Below the pieces are notes generated by a model that had not been told where the DNA came from, made no database searches, and was given only the letters and a program-made list of their open reading frames with translations. This document shows positions 54,731 through 64,000 of a stretch of DNA of 64,000 nucleotides, one piece after another (positions within the stretch are counted from its first letter, which is position 1; the number at the start of each line of letters is the position of its first letter). The position numbers were made by a program, and so were the translations under genes. Source of the DNA: the human T2T-CHM13v2.0 reference genome, Homo sapiens; the NCBI RefSeq assembly GCF_009914755.1, contig NC_060927.1; one strand, written 5' to 3'.

Positions 54731-55439
54731 AAGAAAATGCCCAGATCACAGACCTTTGGTCTTCACACAATGTATAAACAGATAGACTAGCATATTGCTT
54801 CATAGATTTTGGCTAAAAGAAAATACCACTTGCTATGCCATTTGGTAAGACTTACTGGCTTTTATCAGCATTTTACAATATACCTTCTGAGTTTCCGGGC
54901 TCCTTTCTTCAAATGCATTCAAATGACCAGTCTCTGCCAACCATGAGGAATATTGAGCACACTAGTGTTTTGAACTTTTCCATTCTCCAGCAGACTTACT
55001 TCTTCCTCTGATGTAAAATGGTCTATATTCTCTTCAACTATTGCTATATTAAATTTCTGGCACCTTTTGTGTTTTGTTTGTTTTATGTCAGTAAATACCA
55101 CAGAGGTTCCATAACGGTAATTGTCATTGAAAATAATTTTTTAACTGCATCCATGTTGGTAGCCTCTTGTCTACTTTATTTAGCCTCATAGGAATATAGC
55201 GTATTTTGCCCATAACAATTATTATTGTGATTTGAAGAGAACAACAATAAGACCCACATTTTTCTCACGTTATTGATCATTGCTGGCCTTTCACCCTAAT
55301 CTAAGCTTTGAAGACTGGCATGCATCGTGGCAGCATCATGCTAAGAATGTTATGTCTCCATAGACTCAACTGCTCTGCATTCCGCTCCTCATCAAAGAAG
55401 CTCTTCATGACAATCACCACCGGCACAGGTCCAGGTCCA

Positions 55440-55448
55440 TGTGTGTGT

Positions 55449-55486
<38 letters not shown>
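55440..55486. repeat. (GT)n microsatellite
   Basis: ~23 GT units with one interruption. Confidence 0.97.
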
Positions 55487-55488
<2 letters not shown>

Positions 55489-55611
55489 CTTGGTTCATAA
55501 AGATACTTCTAATATTTATTTATATTTAATTTATATAAATATATATTCATATTTTTATTTTTATGTGTTATATTTATAGAGAATAACCACTATTATGAAA
55601 CAGTAAAACCA

Positions 55612-56000
<389 letters not shown>

Positions 56001-56184
56001 CTATCTCCTACTTTGCTTCAGTCTGCAAATGACTGTATCTTTAAGAGTTATCAGTGTTCCTTAGGTCTCTAGTCACTTCTGTTTTGTTAAGCACATCTTC
56101 TAGTAGATTTCTAAAGACCTAAGGAAAGCAATATTCTCTGTTGATTCTGCATTGATAATAACAGACTGTCTATACACTTTATCA

Positions 56185-56420
56185 TTTTGGGAACAGACAC
56201 TGTGAATTACTGGAGAGAGGAGGAGGTGTTTGGTTAAAAAAAAAAAAAAAAAACTACCTATCAGGTATTTTGCTTACTGCCTGGGTAACAAGATCTGGAT
56301 TGACAAACAGTGGTCTCAACTGGAATCCATCTCACTGTCTGTTTAGGCAGACTGCCTAAAATACTAAAATATTCACTATCTGGCCATCCATGAAGAAAGT
56401 TTGGCAACTCCTGGTCTAGA
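56185..56420 (+). mobile_element. L1PB-like 3' fragment followed by a MER58-like remnant
   Basis: aacagacactg...aactacctatcaggta...; aaaatattcactatctggcc...aagtttggcaactcctg. Confidence 0.55.
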
Positions 56421-57042
56421 TTCCCAAGAAACTTTATTTTCTTTGTGATTAAATATCAATAATTTTATGATAATATATGTTATTAGCCATTCTTTTCAGG
56501 AATATTATAAGCTACTTTAATAAGTAATTTCATATCTTTTTAATCCTGAAAAGTTTGCTTAAAATATAGTTTTTAGTATTTATTCTGTTCCCTATTATTT
56601 TCATCTTCAGTGTTTCTTTACGTTGAAATGTTGCATATTCTTTATTAATCTTCGTTGTTCATTTTACTTAAATCCCTTTATGTTTTCTCTTATATTTTGA
56701 AAATTTAAAAAATGTTCCTTCTTTTTCTTCCATTTCTGAAACAAAATTATCTGTTGCATATAAACAGTCTTGTGTTAGTTGCAGTTTAATCTTCAAATCT
56801 CACTTTATTTTGTTCTTTTATTTTCCAAAGATCTGCAATCCAATTTGAGTTTTCTAATTGTTATATTTTTCATACAATTTGTTTTTTCAGCTCATTTGAA
56901 TAGTAGATTATAGTTTCATAATCCGATCGCTTTTGTATGCTTATCTCACTGGTAAGTTTGTTTTTATTGTCTGTGGAAATGCCATTCTGCTATTCCTTAT
57001 CTTGCAACTCTGTTATTCTGTTTCCTAATAAAAATGCTGTAA

Positions 57043-57437
<395 letters not shown>

Positions 57438-58082
57438 TCAAGATAATTTTGTGATTTCACAGATCTTCCATTGTTATCTATAGTCTGAAAAATTATGGAG
57501 ATTTTCTATGAGATTTCCTGGCTCTTTTCCTGTCTCTTATATTTAGCTGGATCGTCTTTTTCTTTGCTGTCCTTTCAGTACAATTTTTATTTAATTTCCA
57601 GACATTTCTCTTAAATGTGTAGCCCTTACTTCATATTGCTCTTTGATTCGTCACTTTTGAGTGTAAATTTGAACTAAACTATTCAAATTCCTTCTGACCT
57701 TATAGCCACCCTTACTCTCATGCAATGTTTGGATGAAACCCGTCCAAAATTCAGATGCTATTCTCAAATTAGACTTCAATGTTTTCTAGAAATATCTGTT
57801 GCTTATGTATGTATTTTTCCTGTTCTCAGGTCCATCAGACACCTCATTGCTTTCAACCTGTTTCTCTCCAAGAGAAGGTGATCTTATAAATATCATGTGC
57901 TTGCTTGTTAGTGATTTTTGCCACTCATTTGTTTTTTAGCGTTGTTGAAAATACCTTCTTGGCTAGGATTTTTGCAGATGTTGCCCATGTTATTTTTGGT
58001 TTTGATATCCAGATATTCCTGTCTCATCTTCACAAGAAGTTTTGGATTCAAAAACTGTATTACCACCACGATGGCCTCAGAA

Positions 58083-58382
58083 TTTTTTTGTTGTTTTGAA
58101 ACATGGTCTTGTTTGTCACACAGGCTGGAGTTCAATGGTGTGATCAGGACTTACTTCAGCTTTATCTCCTGAGCTCATTTGATCCTTCAGGCTCAAGTGT
58201 GCCTCCCACCTCAGCTTCCTGAGTAGCTGGGACTACAGGTGCATGTCATCATGTCTAGCTAGTTTTAAAGTATTTCTGTATAAACAGGGTCTTACTATGT
58301 TGCCCAGGCTTGTCTTGACCTCCTGAGCTTAAGTAGTGCTCTGACCTCAGAGGATTACAGGCACGAGACACCGTGCCTGGCC
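58083..58382 (-). mobile_element. AluJ
   Basis: Diverged dimer with J-type cagggtcttactatgttgcccaggc. Confidence 0.85.
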
Positions 58383-59664
58383 CTAGTATTCTTATAAATA
58401 CCTTTTTTTCTTTTTTTTTTTTTTAAATCAGTATTTGTTCCCTGCCTTATTTTTCTGTGGCTACAGAATCCTAAACTAAAGGCAATCTTTTAATGTCTAT
58501 CTAACCTACACATTCACTAGACAAAATTAAAATCCTTTACTGTGTCTTTTATAGATATCATCACAAACATCAATTGATCATTTTCAAAAACATTTAGGGA
58601 ACTAAGAGCATCATCTATTTTAATATAAATAAATAAATATACAAATCTAAATGAATACAGAATAATTATTTTTTAACAAATCTGAGGTACCTGGATACTG
58701 GTTTTTAACACAAAGAGGAAAACAAAAATATCATAACATTTCTGTTACATATTTCGTTTATCTTCTTTGGGCTTATTAGAAGACCTTGCACTGGGTAGTT
58801 ATGTAATTACTAGTATTCTATTTTGATTTTGGAAGAGTTTTGGATCTTGTGATCATTTATTTATATTATATAAAGCTTATTTTTCAATCAATAGATACAC
58901 GTATGTATTTTTTTTTGCAGTTTGTATGAAATATCTGCTTCAAAACAGGACAAATGCTTGTGACTTTTATTGTAATTTCTGATGTGTTATGATGTCATTT
59001 TGCCATAAAAGATGAAGTTTGTTTGTAAACAATTTAGTTCATTCAAAACAAGTTTTAAGTTTCCTCAAAAATAATCAAATTAATGAATATTCAAATATGT
59101 ACATCTATTATGCTCATCATAGACATATTTGCTTCCTAATTTTATGAGAATTTACAGAGGTGGACTGTTTTTTTAAATAATGCTTCTTTTATCCTTTATC
59201 TCCAAAATGATACCTATTTCTTACCCATATAAACATTGTACAAATAACCAATTTACAATTTTATGGATTATATTATAAAGACAGAGACATAATTTTCACT
59301 TATTCATGAAGTATTCATAATCTCATTTTTGTAACATTTTCTAGTTGGATCTGAGCACCATTCTTATAAATAAGGAGGATTAATAAGAATGTATAAACAT
59401 GATGTCCCTGCTTAAATTTACAAATATTGTCAGTGATGGAATTGATAAAATACCTACAACTTGCATAAATGTGCTCATACTTCATATTTGATCTTTTTTG
59501 GACAGCAAATCAGTCTTCCAAAGACTTATTAATCGCATGACAAATGTTTCTTATTTTAAATTATTTTTGACAAATGATAAAGCAACAACTGTTAATATTG
59601 AGCAATTGTCCCTTTTAATAATGTTTTTGTTTGTCTCCTTTCTTTATGCTATTCTTTAATTTAC

Positions 59665-60006
59665 GGGTCAGCAAACTATGACCTATGGGCCAAAACCTGT
59701 CAACTACATGCTGTTGTACAGCTCACAGGCTAAAAATAGTTTTTACATTGTTATTAATAATTTAAAAATCAAAAGAAAGATAATACTTTACTACATATGA
59801 AGATAAAATTCAAATTTCAGTGTGCATAAAATATTTTATGGAATAAAGTTTTATTGGAAGAGAGCCACAGTTAATTATTTACACATTGGCAGTGTTTTCT
59901 GTTCCATAACACTAGAGTGTAGTAGGTGTGAAAGAAACGGTGTGGTCCTCCAAGCCAGAAAATATTTACTTTCTGATCCTTTACAGAAAGAGTTTCCTGA
60001 GTCCTG
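59665..60006. mobile_element. MER58B-like hAT MITE
   Basis: gggtcagcaaactatgacc...ggccaaa; aaaatatttactttctg..cctttacagaaagagtttcctgagtcctg. Confidence 0.8.
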
Positions 60007-61559
60007 TTTTAAATTATTCTGCCTTGTTCAGATAAAGATTTTATAGAGCTGACTAGTCTCATAAATAGCAATGACAAAAAGACTCATGGCTTTTAAATTG
60101 GAGCAATAAAAAGCCAATCAAATGAAACGTTTCCAATAGATTAATTGGTTAATGTTATTGAACACAAATTGTTCTGCTATGTTGAATTACTGTGAGGTGA
60201 TTGCGGCTTTGCTCATGGTTAATAGAGTAACCCAGACCATTGAGTTGGAACTGGACAAAACGAATATCAACTTCTTTCTAACTTGTAGATTTTTGTCACT
60301 TCTTAGTTGGAAAAGAAGTCAGAAAAATTAGCATTTTATATATAATGCTCAACGTAGCATTATAATAAACCATGATGTCAGAAAATAAACTGTATTTCTC
60401 AATCAGAGCCACGTCTATTGTCCTGGCTCTTCTTGAGATCAAACTCTATGTACTCCCTTTGGCTCATGGCCATAAGATTTGACAACATGCTGAAGAATAT
60501 CAAGGAGAATTCTGAAAAGGAAAATGGAGCAGAATCATATGTACCGTAGCTAGAGGTTATAGGTTTGTGATAGGGTAGAATTACTCTCATAATATGGATT
60601 TGGTATTGCGACTTGGTAGCACCTCCTTCATGCTCACTGTTCTGCTGGATGGTTGCCCATCTCGCCTGTGCTGTCATTCCACTCCTCAAAGCATGGAGGC
60701 AAAAGATAGTGCATGGAATAGCTACACCTAGTGTAGAATCTCCTCATATTGCCAGGGTGATATAAGATAAAGCATGTGGGACTCTTTTCTTTTCTATTGT
60801 AATTCTGGGCAATTTACTTTTTGAGTTTTGTGCTCCATATCTTTAAAAGGTGGAAAATACTCATCATGATTGAGAAAAGAGAATTATATCTAATATGCTT
60901 AGCACATAATATTGAGGCTACTTCCATTACATAACTGATGTGCTGGAAATGTAACATAGTAAAAACCTATACTTTATACAAAAATGTTTTATCACATTGC
61001 AGTAAAAAATATTTAGTTGGTTTTGCCATAAATATGTATCTATGCAACATATAGGTGAGCACCAACCTTAGGTCATATTTCTTGTGCTGACATCCACCTG
61101 TAATATCTCCTAGCTGTTGGAATTTGGAGAGGTACCTTCACAGAGCTGAGCTTCTTTTTTTTTTTTTTAATATAAAGCTGGGAAAATATTACCAACACTT
61201 GCATTTGTTAGGAGAATTAAATAAAATACTATATGAAAAGTATATTAAGTGCTCTATACATGTGAAATACATTAATACAAATGCAATGAATCTTTTAACA
61301 ACTTTTTTTAAGTATGATGTAAATATTTGCTAAGTGTGTTGGCTACTTGCTGTGCTAACATAACAAATTATTCTGAAAATCTCTGCTATACTGAAAGCAT
61401 ACAGGCATTCATCAAGTACCTGATCATTCAATCTAACATTAATACTATGGGTGTCTGCAAGCCTCAACGGAGAACACCATGATACTTTTCAGAATCTGAA
61501 AGGTAACTTCCAAGAAGCATTGCCTTTGCAGTTCTGAGATTCACTATTTAAAATGGGAC

Positions 61560-62007
<448 letters not shown>

Positions 62008-62619
62008 CTTTTTAAAAAGGAAAAATGGTGATTTCAAAAATTGACACATCCAAATACTTTGTCCACAGAACTGCTCTATTAATCCAGCTGTAACATCCAG
62101 TTTGTGATTTATCTCCATAGTCTAGCATTCCATTAAATTTGTACGTGTATTTGGCAATGTTTTTGTAAGTAAATTTCTTGTTATAAAATCAATAAAGTTT
62201 CAACAAAAAAAGGCCAGATATCATACCACATACATACAGACATACAAATAAATTAAAATAAGAAATCATTTTAAAAATGAGCAATTAAAATTATCCTTAT
62301 TAGGAAGACACCTTTATATATATATATATTTATATAATATATATATGTAATAGTTGGAACAGAGAAAGTATAATGATTTCAAAATATAATTACACCTATG
62401 ATTTAAAAGTAACAAATTTGAGAAAAATGCAGCTAAAACAATAATTCAGGTAATATTGACTAGATTTTATACACTAAAAGTAAATATAATTTGTTCCATT
62501 GGTTCTCTGAATTATGTCTTCCATAGAGTTTATTGATATCCCCACAGTGAAGACCTGGTGATGGATTTAATTGAATTGGGGTAGGTGGTGATGGTAGATT
62601 TGGGGTAGGAGCAGACCTG

Positions 62620-63237
62620 AGCAGTACTGCAAAGAAGTGGGCTCTAATGGACACCTCTGCATGACTTCACGTCATCTTGGCCTCATCTGACTGAGACCTT
62701 ATCTGATTTCAGCCTCAGGTTTTAACAATAGCTCTGCCTAGGCTTTGTGCCATTTGGGGTTTACACTGACTTACTTTAAACATCTGACATGCACCTCTTC
62801 CTTCTATCCTTAGAGATTTTATGATCCCAAACGTGTGGATGTCTGCTGGAGCCCACTCAGTGGCACCACACCTAACACAGAACTAAGGTGGATTAATATC
62901 TTTTCACCCCTGCCACCCCAAGACCATCCTTAAACAATAGAAGTTAAGACAAATACACTAAAGCTTCTTCCTTGCATTACTCAGATAAACAATTGTAAAA
63001 TATATTTTATAAGTCTACTTATACATTATCAGTAGGCTTGATCACCTGTTACCCACAGTGATAGCCAAGTTTATTTTAATCCTTTATTGGCTTTTCCTAA
63101 TTCCCTTTTCCTCCTTTCCCATTTCACACACTTCCTAGTTATTCATGTGTGCTAATAAGTGAACCATCATTTATTTCCAAATAAATTCCCTTTAGGTGAA
63201 CCCTTTCCTCATGCTCTGATTTTGTGGAATCCAGACA
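62620..63237 (+). mobile_element. LTR16-family (ERVL) solo LTR
   Basis: gttacccacagtg...cctttattggctt..ccaaataaa...ctctgattttgtggaatccagac 3' motifs. Confidence 0.6.
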
Positions 63238-64000
63238 TGGCACATGGTACATGACTATTTGATCCAGTGCTGTGCTAGCACTGGGGATGAAATTTCACAT
63301 AGAAACACTTCTGTCTTTATCTTTCTAATATGTATTATCCAGTTTTCATAGCTTTTTGACTTTATTCAAGTTGTATAAAGTACAAAAAAAGCCACAATAA
63401 TTATTTTAGTTAACACATGATCCAGCTGTGTTTCATATATAATCTATTTATTTCTTCTAAGTAAAAGTAATTCTCCTTTTTAAGAAATGCTTTATATCCT
63501 GCTTCATAGTTACACATTGTTTGGTTTTTAATTTTTGTCTTCTTTATATAGTACCTCCTGTACTTCAAACCAGAGGGAAAAATAATAATTAATATTAATC
63601 TGTTCTTCAGGTTTTTTTGGTTGTTGTTCCCCACACACAAAATTCTCCTAATCTCCTTACTTTTTCTTCTTTTTTGAGTCTTTAAAATTTTCCTTGATGT
63701 GTTTTCTCATAAGCAAGACTCCACACTAATAAGATTGGCCATATACATGGGAAATAAAATATTAGGAAAGTTGAACTGTATTTTCTTTTGGGAAATGTCA
63801 AGCTAAACTTTACATTTACAAATATTTTTTACTTATAGATATAAAACAAATTAAAATTTATTTTCTCTTTCAGGCGATAGTTGGAAATGTTTTGCAGTTA
63901 CAGTTCCAATGCAGAATACTTCTTCATACATATTTTGCCTAGACTTATAGACATAACAGCAAGGATATATTTAAAAACTCAGTCTTTCAAATATTCAGAA

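Noticed and set aside
53620-54860. Short motif resemblances (VIAHR of GDPD/ABC proteins, KAFD of non-LTR RT, a PGAP1-like stretch)
   Set aside because: Expected neighbouring motifs were absent at the right spacing, so no assignment is supported
60399-60689. 96-aa minus-strand ORF in a slightly GC-richer patch
   Set aside because: Non-ATG start, no recognisable homology, no convincing splice-site pair

Overview
AT-rich, gene-poor primate (hominoid, probably human) genomic DNA dominated by interspersed repeats; no intact protein-coding gene. The centre (23.5-34.6 kb) is a nested stack built in an old hAT/Charlie5 DNA transposon. It holds a minus-strand processed MTHFD2 pseudogene (23879-26115; poly-A, target-site duplication (TSD), later Alu insertion) that appears to be copied from an exon-2-skipped mRNA and has a good splice acceptor at its 5' edge. 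Two full-length, TSD-flanked L1PA elements (15306-21489 +, L1PA5/6-like; 27559-33600 -, L1PA2/3-like) face each other tail-to-tail around it. Also present: two complete two-LTR MaLR elements (THE1, MST/MLT1A-like), about 13 Alu/FLAM copies, MLT1/LTR16 solo LTRs, MER58/Tigger4, L2/MIR/L1M relics and microsatellites. Non-repeat signals: two short local duplications with hairpin junctions, a GATA-motif cluster near 50.2 kb, a candidate plus-strand non-coding exon at 41.5 kb, and an unexplained repeat-poor block at 52.8-55.4 kb. Subfamily names and parent-gene comparisons come from recalled consensus/reference sequences and need RepeatMasker/BLAST confirmation.
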